A stretch of 64,000 nt of DNA from the NCBI RefSeq assembly GCF_009914755.1, contig NC_060939.1; one strand, 5' to 3'. Below, one piece after another: positions 14,200-25,155 of the stretch. Below the pieces are notes generated by a model. The model made no database searches, was not told the origin of the DNA, and worked only from the letters and a program-made list of their open reading frames with translations. How positions within the stretch are numbered: the stretch's first letter is position 1; each line of letters starts with the position of its first letter. Made by a program: the position numbers and the translations under genes. This DNA comes from the human T2T-CHM13v2.0 reference genome, Homo sapiens.

Positions 14200-15130
14200 A
14201 AAACTAAATGCGGGGGCGGGTGCCAACTAAGGTCTCTTGCGTCGGGCCAGTGAACGACGTCAGCCGCAACTCTAAGTGGCAAAGTTTTCGAAAAACCTCG
14301 CCGATCCTCTGAAGATCGGGTTAATGATTTACCCCACTCGCCAACCACCTGATGTAGCCTACCGCTACGCCGCGGAGGTGTGCCAGTGATGCGCTGCAGG
14401 GGGGGATGCTGGGGCTGTTTTCTGCTTCTCTCTTCTCTTCCTCCCTCCCTTCTTTAGCTCCTTTATTTTGGTTAGGCCAGCTGAGCACAGAAGAAAATGC
14501 CCTGCCAATCCCGGAAAGTTTGCGCTACTGGGAATGCCTCGAGTCAGTTTGCTGACCTAAAATCTGGTGTTCATACCTGTGCTGGAATTGAAACTGTAGG
14601 CTGAGAAAAAAGGCGGGAGAAGGAGGGTAGAGGGGAAAAGGTTAGCGGGAATGAGAAGGGGTGGGGAGAGGGAGGGAGAAAATGGGGGAAAGGAACGCAG
14701 GGGGCAGGAGTCTATTTCTGGGGCGTCGGTAAGTCCTTGGGGCAACCTGGTTTTCCCCTGCTGACAAGCTGTGTCAGTTAACTGCAACCCACCAAGAGTC
14801 AGCCAACAGCCCCCGCGCTGCTAGAGCGCCCAAAGCAGAGGCCGGCCGCGAGGAGGGCCAGAGTGCACCGCGGGGGGGTTTGCACCGCGCTGGGGTTGGC
14901 ACCGCGCGCTAGGACCCACGAAGCGGCGCGCTAGTCCCAGGTGAGCACGAAATGAGCGGAAGGACTCTGCCGCGGAGGGGCGGCGAGCGCCTGGCTGCGC
15001 TGCAGGCCCCGCCAAGCCCCGCCCCCTAGCCATTCTTAGCTGGGGGAGGCCAGCACGGATCAGCCGCTTTCTTTCTTTTCTCTCTTTCTTTTTCAAACCC
15101 GCTTTGTGGGTGGCAACTCAGCGGGGGACG
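14200..15130. promoter_or_regulatory. Upstream CpG island 3 with tandem GC boxes
   Basis: Dense CpG at 14810-15070; CCCCGCC boxes at ~15007 and ~15017. Confidence 0.7.
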
Positions 15131-17299
15131 CATGGAGACAAGAAAACAAAAAGCAGAGAGAGAGGGGGAGAGAAGGAGAAAGGGAGAGAGGGAGAGGGAG
15201 AGACAGAGAGAGATCTACAAATAGTTTTTAACCTGCCTAGGAACACAGCGAGTTATTACATTTGAAAGCTGTTGTGGTCTTCAGCGAAACCTGCTTCTGC
15301 CATTAAGAAAACACATACTACACACGTTCACCCTGGTTAAGCTCTCCTCCCTGGTCAGCCTGAACAAACAAAGCAGAAGCGCAGGGTTTTAAGGCTGAAG
15401 ATCTATAGGTTATCCGGTTTCAAAACAAATTAAAGCAGAGGGATCCACCAAAAAAATATATATTATAGATGCAAAATATTCTTCATTTCACATATCTGCA
15501 GTTGCCCCCCCCCATCGATTTTATTCCAATTTATTAGCAAAGCACATTTTAGCCTACTGTCCGGGATTTACCTGAATCTATTCAATCAGTAACTTATTTT
15601 TCCCAGATCCTACATTTGAAGGAGCTTAAACCCGTTTTTCCCACTTATTGGAAGCTTTAAAACACTTTATAAAGCTAAAAATCACTTTCCTGTTGCAGCT
15701 TTTCCAAAATTCCTCCCCCAAAAATAACATTTAAGAGTGGGTGCCCAGCCAGAAATACTGATTTTTTAAAAAACTCAGCAAACCAATAATTTTTGACAAA
15801 GAAAATTAATATGAACAGTATAGGATGATTTTTCTCTCCCTCCCTCCCCACTTTAAAAAAAAAAACCCTTTGCTCCACCCCGCTATTAAACAAAACACAA
15901 TACCTTTTTCTGGGTGGTACTGCACAGAAGTTGATTCAGTTTTGACAATGTTGTTTAGCTATCATTTGCTATTTTGAATGAATGGGAGCAATCCCCCCTT
16001 TTACAACATTTGTTTCCTATTATGGAGAGGTGCAGCAGTTGAGGGCAGACATGTGAAAGTGGCTGTTTGATTCTCTTTTTCATCTCCCTGACCCTGCTTT
16101 TGTCCCTTCTCACCCTGGGAATGTCACGCCTCGCTACTTCACTTTGAGATGCTCGAGAAAGTGGCTTTGTTATTCCCTTTTAGACATACACGAAATTGTT
16201 CTCATTCCCCCCGCTGTAAAAGATACTTCACATCGGGACTCGGTTCACAAGTGCAATGCAATTTGGCTTAGTCCAACCTTTGTTCTGCTTGTACAAATGA
16301 GCGAACAGTGCACACATTATACAGTTGATCTACTGCTGTCTTAACCCCAGAGTTAGGGGCTGGGAGAAAAGCAAGTTAATCCCTTCAATACCAAGGTGGC
16401 TTTAGCAATATTTCCTCCAATAATAATAATAGATTTGAATTGCTTCTTCTATTTCACACAGTACAGAGCAAAACTTATGGGGAGGGTTTAGCAACAACAC
16501 AAAAAGCCTTCCACCACCCTTTTGCAAATAACTTTTTAAACAAATACATTTGTGAGCATGGTAATGCCCAATTTAAAGCTATGCAACTGTTTGTGCAAAG
16601 GAGGGATTTGATTTGGAAACAAAGATTTTAAAGCCTTGAAGTCTCAGAACAAATCACAGCCAAGCAAACATCAAATGGTATTTAGCAAACCAATTCCAAA
16701 GAGAAGGCATTGTGCTGAGCAGGGAGAGTTGTTTTCTCAGGCATTGAAATTGCTTGCTCACCATGATGGGGGAGGGGGAAGAGGAGAGCGGGTGGCACCT
16801 CTTGGGGATGGGGATCAAGCTGCACCAGCACCTAACTCTGGCTACTCTTTATTTTATGCTTGAGGTAGAGGGGAAACTGGGCCTTCCACGCTCTCCAAAC
16901 CGCAGCAGCTGCTTGGGATATACTATTAAAATGTGTGGGGTGTTGCCTCCCTTTACCTCACTCCCAAGCAAAACACAGATTTAACTCTAGGTGCCCCAGC
17001 CACAGCCAGAGGCCCTATTCACCGCTGGACAAGTTATGCTGGTGGGGACTAAAAAACTGACACCCTTGAAGTTGAGCCCCCCAGTTTGGATGGGAGTAAA
17101 GGGTGAACAGGAAGTGGAGACTCTTGTCTTAGAACCCCACAAGATTGAGCCCGGAGGGGAGATCTGATTATGGCCAATATAGTACTTGTCAAATGTTTTT
17201 TGTTTTGTTTTTGTTTTTTGTTTTGTTTTTTCCTGTCTGTGATGAGTTAAGGTCCCCTTGTAGCCCAGTCACCAACGGATGAAATAGCTGGCTCCAAAG

Positions 17300-18520
17300 T
17301 TCCCCGGCAGACATTCTTCCCCACTAGTTGGAAAAAGTATGCTCCTGTGGCACCACAGTGCAGGGGTCGCTGGCGGGGGTAGGGGGTGTGGGTGGGTACG
17401 GAGTCCTTTCACTGCCCGTCGGCAGTTGGCACCAGAGCGGAAAGTGTGTCCCCTCCCCCGCCTCTCTCCCTTGGGCAGTTTGATTTCCCGCCAGACTCAG
17501 TCGGAGTGGCCTGGAAGAGCGGGCTCAAACTCCAAAGGCAGTCGTGGGAGAGTCGTAGCGGATACGTTTCCCCTGACATGCGCCGGGTGCTCGTCTCTGC
17601 CCCCCACCCGCCCCCAAAACCCAAACCTGCAAGTCGATGTTGTCCGGTGACCCCGGGAAAGGAGAACTTTCTGAGCTAGTTCCCTCTGGTCCCGAAATCC
17701 AGCACGTTAAAGCCAGGCCTTGCGGTGCTGGGGGGCTGGTGGGGGAGGCGCACAGACTCCGAGGACAAACAGCCCCCAGGACACTCGGGATGGCCATTTT
17801 TTTAATTGACCACTGACAGGCTGAGGGAGTTTGTTTTAGTGCTGAATACCCCAGGAACGAAATCCTTTTGAAAGGGAGGCTAAGTCGTTTCACGCCACCA
17901 AAGTGCAGATTTGAAGAATGACTGATGGGACAAAGAGGCGCGATGCGTTAGCGCGGGTTCCCAGAGCGAGCGCAGCACTGGGGCAAATGCGGGAGGCGGC
18001 CTGGAGAGGTGGGGCGGGGCAGGGGAGACTCGCAAGGCCCTAAAACCTGATATCGACGGCGCACCAGCCTTCGACCCTCTCCCTCAGCACATTTCACTGT
18101 CAATTTGGTAAAGGAGATGCAAAAAGCAGAAGGGAGAGGAGAAAAGTGTAGTCAAGAGGAGTGAAGGACCGGAGTGCTGTAGGAGAGGGGAAAGAAGGAG
18201 AGGGAGGGAGAGACTCAGACTGAGGAAGCGGAGAGGAGTTCAGGGAGACTCAGGGAGAAAGAAGAGGACCGGGCAAAGGAAGGCTTAGCCGAAACGCTCC
18301 AGGCAGCGCAGAGTTCATTTTCCAAGTGGGGACGACGGGTATTGTTTTTGGCACCTAGGAAACCTTCGGAAGCTGCCGGGTACTTTCCCTCCGCCTCCCG
18401 TCTATGTTTGGTAAATATTAACAAACCAGGGCGCGTTATTTTCTGGAGTGTGCATGGAGGGGCTGGCAGAGACTAGGGACAGATTTCCTCTCCTGGAGCC
18501 CCCGCCCCCAAAGCCCCAGC
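17300..18520. promoter_or_regulatory. Upstream CpG island 4
   Basis: CpG-rich; GGGGCGGGG GC box at ~18011. Confidence 0.65.
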
Positions 18521-20334
18521 TCCACCCTTCACGCACACACACACCTGCTTGACAACAGAAGGAATCAAAATCAATATTGTATTTGTCACCCCTCTGTCTC
18601 CTTTTTACTCCCTCAGCAACCCGGGTGCCACTGAAGCGAATTGTGGATTTATGGAGGGAAATTAGCATAAATTATTACGAAATCTGTAGCCGTGTGTGGT
18701 CCAGCTTGTGGGAAAAGAGGCTATTGCGAACTCTCCAAGCAGAAAGGTGGTCGGTGGTGGGCTCTGCGGAGGCGATGAATGGCTATTGCACGAAAGAGAT
18801 TTCCATTTGGTTTGCACATGGGTATAATTGACTTATGTGTATTTTATACAGTTTTCCCAACAACTCCCTAAGCCACCGGGTCGGATGTGCCTCCCCCCCA
18901 CCCCCACCCCGTGTTTGCTTTGGGTTCTGCACAATAGACTCTGATGCACTTTTCAAGATTTCTGGAAAGTGCTCCTTCCCTCCTCCTTTTCGTAATACCA
19001 GTCTTAAAATGCTGTCAATAACATGCAAATCCTCCCTCCCCGCCCTGGGCTTTGTAGACCTCCAGCAGAACCAAGATAAAACTTTGTAGCAAAGCCCAAG
19101 TTTTAAATGTGTTTCTCACAACTTCTCTCCTCATCCAAGGCAAACTTGTGCTACTGGGTTCGGTTTACTTAAGTAACCCTGGTCGTGTGCAATATGCGTC
19201 AAACTCCTATCTCCACACTAGCCAAACTTTAAAGATTCATCAGACACAAATTCCTACTTGTATCCTCGCATGTTCCAAACTTGGGGGTGACAACTTTCCC
19301 GGGGAGATAGACAAAGATTTATTCCAACTTCAGACTTTTTTTTTTAACCCGAACGTTTTTACTCTTAGAATTTAGTTAATCTCCTGTTTACTCTGAGCAA
19401 TGATTTCGACAGGCATACAATGGCCTCTTTGCAGGGCAACAAAATGCCAATTGTTAAAATAAGAAAACACTTCTCTCTCCTTATTCCCCACCCTCAACAC
19501 GCACCCATGCCGGTTAGAAAAGAATCTTCCTGGCTGTCACTGGGGGAACGGAGCAGAGCTTTCACTCCTATCTACATCCCAATTCCAGCCGCCCACGATA
19601 TTTTATCGGTCTACGTATCAGTATGAACGGATGCACATATTTACTAAGAGGATCCTAAAAATTCCTGGGGGAGTCTATGCTGGTACCCTTCCACAGCAGG
19701 AGCGCTCCTGCCTTGCCCACAGTAACTGTTTTGTACCGAGGCCAGCTGTACTCGGGAGCAGGAAAGCTGTGGACCAGCGCCTTTCCATTCTGGGAAACAC
19801 AAGCCTTGCCCACTATTCCTCATCACGGATCTCCCAAGCTCCCCAGCTCTTTGGACTCCCCAGCTCCTTCCTCCCCAGGACCTTCGATCCGAATCTGGCC
19901 GCACAAAGTAACCCCCCAAACGCCGCACCTCGTTATGACCTGAAGCGCGAGTAGCTGGGATGAGTACGGCTGCCTCCGGCCAAAGCTTGGCAGAGGTTCC
20001 ACCCGAGTCCAAGTGGTTTATCTGCTGAGAAGGGCAATACATTTATCTGCCCTTCTCGAGCCATACCCCCAGAGACAGGTCAACATCCCTCCCCCAGCCC
20101 CTCGCACCCATCTCCTCCTCCCAGTTATTTTTTCCGAATTAAGAAGGTGACATTATTCTTTTCTTCAAGCACTTCTGTTAATATTGAAAAACGTGCGCTT
20201 GCATCTCAACCGAGGCAGCCCAGAGCCAGAGCCATTTCAATATTAATGAAATTGTTTAATCTCCTAAATTCATCGTGTTTAAGTTACGTTTTGGTGAGTT
20301 ATTGACCGCCTCCGAAACTGTAGTTAATGAAGTT

Positions 20335-20361
20335 GTGTGTGTGTGTGTTTGTGTGTGTGTG
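20335..20361 (+). repeat. (TG)n microsatellite, interrupted
   Basis: Direct inspection. Confidence 0.9.
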
Positions 20362-20689
20362 CATTCGCGCGCTGAAAGATCTTTTTTATGCTAACCCCAA
20401 ACAGCTCCACTAATAATGCTCTAATATCACTTAAAGTGTTGAAACTTAACACCCAGAATTCTCTACGATCACCACGTCTAGGGAAAAAAAAAGTTCTCCC
20501 ATTTCTGGACTTTGAAGATGATTCTGTGTGGGCTGTAAGTATTGAGTTTTTAACAACGCAGTAAAATGAATGTCTTTTAAAAACCTTAAAGGTCGGAGAA
20601 TGTGCAGAAACCCGTGGGAACTCCTGGTGTGTACTTATAGAGTGCGTGCATGCAGGCGGGGTCGACTCACTATTTATTTCATAGCAATT

Positions 20690-20750
20690 TGATGATGATG
20701 ATGATGACGGCAGCGACGACGATGAGGATAATGATAATAATAATAATGAT
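20690..20750 (+). repeat. Compound triplet repeat (GAT)n/(GAC)n/(AAT)n
   Basis: gatgatgatgatgatgacggcagcgacgacgatgaggataatgataataataataatgat. Confidence 0.85.
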
Positions 20751-21769
20751 TCATTTAACCCTTCCAAGGCGAATCCGAACCGAAGGGAGCCTGCTGCTCG
20801 CACCAGGCGGAGTGACCCAAGGCACATTCCCCGCTCCCCAAGAAGGAAAACTCTATGGTTCTTTCCCCAAGTTGTAGAAGATACTGCTGTCTTAGTGGGA
20901 TCGCAGGCGGCTTTTGCTACACTCTAAATCCTAAATAAGTTCTCCATACCAAAAAAAGCGGCAGTTGGGGGATGGGGGGTGGGAGGTTGGGGGGGTGGGA
21001 GGGCTGGGAAGGGGAGTTCCGGGTGTAAAATGAAAACTTCCAGGATGTGCCTGAGTCCTAAAGTTTCAAACCACCTGGGAAAAGCGAGAGCCCCTGAGGC
21101 TTACCTGGTGATAAACTGTGTCAAACAAACTCAGGCCCTCCCCAGGTCCGCACAACATTTGCCCCAACAGCTCCTGAGCCTCCATCCTGTGTCCAACCAA
21201 ATTCCCGGAGGACTTTTAAAGCAAATACCTGGACTCTTCGCCCAGATACACTATTTTAATTTTAAAAAATTTGGTCAATACAGTTACATTCAAAATGGGT
21301 TCTTACATGGGGATGTCCAATCACATTTTGAAAGTATTTGTAAACCCCATCACTTTTTCAAAGCTACACACTAACTATACAAAGCTGAAGCAGCTGCATA
21401 GGAAAGTCAAGTCAAATTTCGACCTAACTCTCCGGGGACTGGGGGGCAAGGGTGTGTTTTCATTATTATAACCCATGCAACCAACCCCGGGTAGTGCTAA
21501 GCGCAGGAAAAGGGTCGGCTTCAGGGGAAAGCCGTGCCTAAAGTTACCTAACGATACAAACCGGATACAACGCAGAGGAAACAGAATACCCCAGCCAAGC
21601 AATTTCCATGTCAAACATCATCCGCGCGGCTGCTCCATCTGTGAACGTGAGTGGTCGCCTGGCTCCCTCTTCCGCGGCGGCCGCTTCCTCATACCTTCAC
21701 ACGGCGCACACCGGCCGGCGCGTCCAGCTGCCTGCCCAGTGGCCGAGGCTCTTCCCCCTCGCCCAGTCT

Positions 21770-22000
21770 TGAGCTGGAAGTGATTCCTATTGGCCAAGGT
21801 GTCCATGTAAATAGGTGTGAAAGAAACCAGAGCTGGCCGGGCTCTCCCTTCTCGCTCAGTCCCCTCCCTCTGCAGCCCCCGCTCCCCCTCCTCTTCCTCC
21901 TCCTCCCAAGGCGATTGTCATATGATAGCTAAGAAGTGGCACATTAATGAAGCGCCGCTACAGGGGTCTTTTCTGCTCCTGTCACCGCTTAAAACTATCA
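21770..22000 (+). promoter_or_regulatory. FOXB1 proximal/core promoter
   Basis: Inverted CCAAT (ATTGG 21789-21793), forkhead-type GTAAATA (21807-21813), pyrimidine tract 21843-21907, ATTAAT and a TATA-like CTTAAAA (21988-21994), all inside the CpG island upstream of exon 1. Confidence 0.6.
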
Positions 22001-22329
22001 GATGGTTCGAGGGAGGACATGGAGGCAGCCACCTAGCTCAGCGGAGACGCGGAGCCCACAGCAGCGCCCTCCGGAGCCCTAACACGTCGCTGCCACCATC
22101 CGCGCCGGGACTCCGCAGCCGAGCTCGGCCGCCCGCAGGACGCTCCAGGAGCGTCGCGGACCGGGCGGCACGGGACGCTGCGGGGCTGAGCTCAAGAGCC
22201 CAGGTTCGCGCCGAGTCCAACCGGACCCGGACGCTGCGCGCGGAGTGCGCGTCGAGTGCGCGCCGAGAGAGAAGCGGCGCGCAGCGGCGTCCTCCCGGAT
22301 GCGGACGCGCAACTTGAAGCAACTTTAAG
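22000..22329 (+). other. FOXB1: FOXB1 non-coding exon 1 (5' end approximate)
   Basis: Ends at a consensus donor AAG|GTGAGC (22329/22330). It lies in the CpG island just downstream of the promoter elements. The TSS is not determinable from sequence alone. Confidence 0.7.
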
Positions 22330-22592
22330 GTGAGCAGCTCTCTGTTCCGTCCCTGCCCCCTATTCTGGCCCCAGTACCGACTTACTTCCCGGCTATCCTC
22401 GCGCCGTTCGCCGGCTTCCCCTCCCGCGCCCACTAAGCCCGCAAAGTTGCTGGCGAAAGAGTCCGGGCGCTGGCTGATCGAGCGCCGCAGGCCCCACCCC
22501 CGACCCCCGAAGTCTGTTACTCGGTCTGGCTGACCCCGCCGGTGTCTCTGTGCATCCATGCTACCTTTCCCTATTACCCACCCCCTTCCCAG
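22330..22592 (+). other. FOXB1: FOXB1 5'UTR intron (GT-AG, 263 nt)
   Basis: GTGAGC donor, CTGAC branch-point-like motif at 22530-22534, pyrimidine tract (ctttccctattacccacccccttccc) and AG acceptor at 22591-22592. Confidence 0.85.
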
Positions 22593-22649
22593 ATCCGAGC
22601 AGTCCGCCGGCCCGCGCGGACCCAGAGCAAGAAGAGGGCGAGGAAGAAG

Positions 22650-23627
22650 ATGCCTCGGCCCGGCCGCAACACGTACAGCGACCAGAAGCCGCCCTACTCG
22701 TACATCTCGCTGACCGCTATGGCCATCCAGAGCTCTCCCGAGAAGATGCTGCCGCTGAGCGAGATCTACAAGTTCATCATGGACCGCTTCCCCTACTACA
22801 GGGAGAACACGCAGCGCTGGCAGAACAGTCTGCGCCACAACCTCTCCTTCAACGACTGCTTCATCAAGATCCCGCGGCGGCCGGACCAGCCAGGCAAGGG
22901 CAGCTTCTGGGCGCTGCACCCAAGCTGCGGGGACATGTTCGAGAACGGCAGCTTCCTGCGGCGCCGCAAGCGCTTCAAGGTGCTTAAGTCCGACCACCTG
23001 GCGCCCAGCAAGCCAGCCGACGCGGCGCAGTACCTGCAGCAGCAGGCCAAGCTGCGGCTCAGCGCGCTGGCGGCCTCGGGCACGCACCTGCCACAGATGC
23101 CCGCCGCCGCCTACAACTTGGGCGGCGTGGCGCAGCCCTCGGGCTTCAAGCACCCCTTCGCCATCGAGAACATCATCGCGCGGGAATACAAGATGCCTGG
23201 GGGGCTGGCCTTCTCCGCCATGCAGCCGGTGCCCGCTGCCTACCCGCTCCCCAACCAGTTGACTACCATGGGCAGCTCGCTGGGCACCGGCTGGCCACAC
23301 GTGTATGGCTCCGCCGGCATGATCGACTCGGCCACCCCCATCTCCATGGCGAGTGGCGACTACAGCGCCTACGGCGTGCCGTTGAAGCCGCTGTGCCACG
23401 CGGCGGGCCAAACGCTGCCCGCCATCCCCGTGCCCATTAAGCCCACGCCGGCCGCCGTGCCCGCGCTGCCTGCGCTGCCAGCGCCCATCCCCACCTTGCT
23501 CTCGAACTCGCCGCCCTCGCTCAGCCCCACGTCCTCGCAAACAGCCACCAGCCAAAGCAGCCCCGCCACCCCCAGCGAAACGCTCACCAGCCCGGCCTCC
23601 GCCTTGCACTCGGTGGCGGTGCACTGA
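22650..23627 (+). CDS. FOXB1: Forkhead box protein B1 (325 aa, single coding exon)
   Basis: ATG at 22650 (aagATGc) is in frame with ORF 22542..23627. Translation [87 protein letters not shown]... is a FoxB-class forkhead domain and ends ...LHSVAVH-TGA. The first 36 aa of the tracked ORF come from a GTG start in the intron. Confidence 0.97.
   Translation: MPRPGRNTYSDQKPPYSYISLTAMAIQSSPEKMLPLSEIYKFIMDRFPYYRENTQRWQNSLRHNLSFNDCFIKIPRRPDQPGKGSFWALHPSCGDMFENGSFLRRRKRFKVLKSDHLAPSKPADAAQYLQQQAKLRLSALAASGTHLPQMPAAAYNLGGVAQPSGFKHPFAIENIIAREYKMPGGLAFSAMQPVPAAYPLPNQLTTMGSSLGTGWPHVYGSAGMIDSATPISMASGDYSAYGVPLKPLCHAAGQTLPAIPVPIKPTPAAVPALPALPAPIPTLLSNSPPSLSPTSSQTATSQSSPATPSETLTSPASALHSVAVH
22686..22979 (+). 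other. FOXB1: Forkhead (winged-helix) DNA-binding domain coding region with basic C-terminal RRRKRFK NLS-like motif
   Basis: KPPYSY...[15 protein letters not shown]...GKGSFW...FLRRRKRFK signature motifs. Confidence 0.95.
23157..23177 (+). other. FOXB1: eh1 (Groucho/TLE-binding) motif FAIENII
   Basis: [10 protein letters not shown] matches the FSIxxIL eh1 consensus found in Fox proteins. Confidence 0.85.
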
Positions 23628-25131
23628 CCCGCAGGAGCCCACGCCCCCTCTTGTTCTCCTCCCCACCACCTCACTCGCCTTCCCTGGCTCCCAGTCCTGC
23701 CGGCCCCCACCTGGGACCGCCACCCTAACTTGTTCATTTCACCTTCGGCCAACCCGCCTTGCCCCAAGAGAACTTTGTTTTGGACCCAGGAGACCAAACA
23801 CAAACTTGCAGATGGGCCGAGAGGCGCGTGGGAGTTGTCCTCGCCCCCACATCAAGGAAGGCCGGGGCCACCTGAGCCGAACCATCCCCTCCCTGAGGCC
23901 CCGAAACCCCCTCCTATTTGACCGGCGGGGGAAACCCTGTCACCCCCTCTTCGCCGAGAAAAGCGCGTCTTCCCTCCGCCCAGATCGGCGGAGCCCCGAA
24001 CTCTGCGCAGTTTCAAGACTAGAGAAACTGCCTCAGATGTTTCCAGGAACAGATCCCCCCCACACCCCCTCCCCGCGAGGGCTGCAACAGCGCAGGGGAG
24101 GGCCGGATCTCTTTACGTCTTGGAAATCTGCAGCAAAAAGGAGCCACTAATCTTCCTACCCCACTCGCCTCCGCCCATCCGGCAGGGGCTGGGCCGACCA
24201 CAGCTTCCCGGGGTTGCGGCCCTGCCTCCTAGGCTTCTGCGGAGATTTTGTTGTTGTTTGGGGTTTTGTTTCCTTCCAGAGGCTCCAGGCGCTGGGAGTT
24301 AGGAAAGAGGCTGCCAAGCTGAGAAAGCGACGCTCGTCCTCACACAGCAAAACAAAACTAAAAGTAACCTTGTATTGTTTACAAAGCGCCCAGTAATATG
24401 TAAACAGTGAACTTGAATCTGTCTTGCTAGGCGGACGAACGGGCAAAGCCCACATTATAAGTACCTGTTGTAATGTGAATGTTTACTCTTCATTTCTGGC
24501 CAGGTTTAGAAAGGGAGGGAAGTGGGGATGGGAAAGTTAATTGGGATGTTAACTTTCCGATGACTTAGAGACCTTTTTAGCTATTTATTTTATTGTTGGG
24601 GAAAAAAAAAAAAAAAAAAAGAAGGAAAGAAAATGAAATAAGCCCAAACCAAGAAAGCATCAAGGGCAACCCGGGAAGAACTTAGATAAGCTGACTGGTA
24701 ACATGAAGGGATGTCACCGGATAGCTCTCCCACGGACAAGTCTTTCTGTTTGCTACCAGAACTTTTCCAAGAAGCTAAAGGGCTGCAAAGAGATGTAAAT
24801 ACTTGTGAATAGGAATGATTATACACTGTGTAAAATGCACTTTTGTTTGCTGTATTCCTTTAGAATCTTAGATAATTGGCTGGAAAACGAACTGTTGTTC
24901 TGGTGTGACCTGCTTAAGTTAAAAAAAAAAAAAAGTTGTAGTGTCATCAGAGCTGTAAAATTTTTACCTTTCATTTTCCCTCCCTGTACAGAATTAGCGT
25001 GGCATTTTAAATATTGATGTTCTTGTTCCCAGCATGCCTGTTTTAAAACAAAGGATTTAAAAAAAAAGGGTGTCTACATTAAATTATGACCTAGTCCAAA
25101 TAATATTTTCTCATTAAAATATGTAAATTCA
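23628..25131 (+). other. FOXB1: FOXB1 3'UTR (3' end inferred)
   Basis: Runs from the stop codon to the candidate polyA signal ATTAAA, which is followed by a GU/U-rich element. Confidence 0.55.
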
Positions 25132-25155
25132 AATTTTAGTTTTGTGTGTTTTTGA
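25113..25155 (+). terminator. Candidate polyadenylation signal ATTAAA plus downstream GU-rich element
   Basis: ATTAAA at 25113-25118, CA at 25130-25131, GTTTTGTGTGTTTTTG at ~25139-25154. A second ATTAAA lies at 25078-25083. Confidence 0.55.

Larger units (their letters stand above)
21480..24300. promoter_or_regulatory. Main CpG island covering the FOXB1 promoter, gene body and start of the 3'UTR
   Basis: Very high GC and CpG density by inspection; edges approximate. Confidence 0.9.

Noticed and set aside
20324-20877. ORFs with poly-Ser or poly-Met runs
   Set aside because: Produced by the triplet and TG microsatellites; no domain or splice support.
21817-22317. 166-aa ORF across the promoter and exon 1
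   Set aside because: Non-ATG start upstream of the likely TSS, low-complexity R/S/A content, CpG-island artefact.
22542-22649. 361-aa version of FOXB1 from the ORF track
   Set aside because: The start is a GTG inside the intron, upstream of the acceptor. The forkhead protein starts at ATG 22650.
22550-22987. 145-aa alternative-frame ORF overlapping FOXB1
   Set aside because: Intronic GTG start; the open shifted frame is expected from GC-rich codon usage.
22038-23723. 561-aa antisense ORF spanning FOXB1
   Set aside because: It is in exact codon register with the FOXB1 CDS, so stops would require sense TTA/CTA/TCA codons, which are rare in a GC3-rich gene. The rest lies in a CpG island. It starts at GTG, its only ATG lies far downstream, and the G/R/A-rich product has no recognisable domain.
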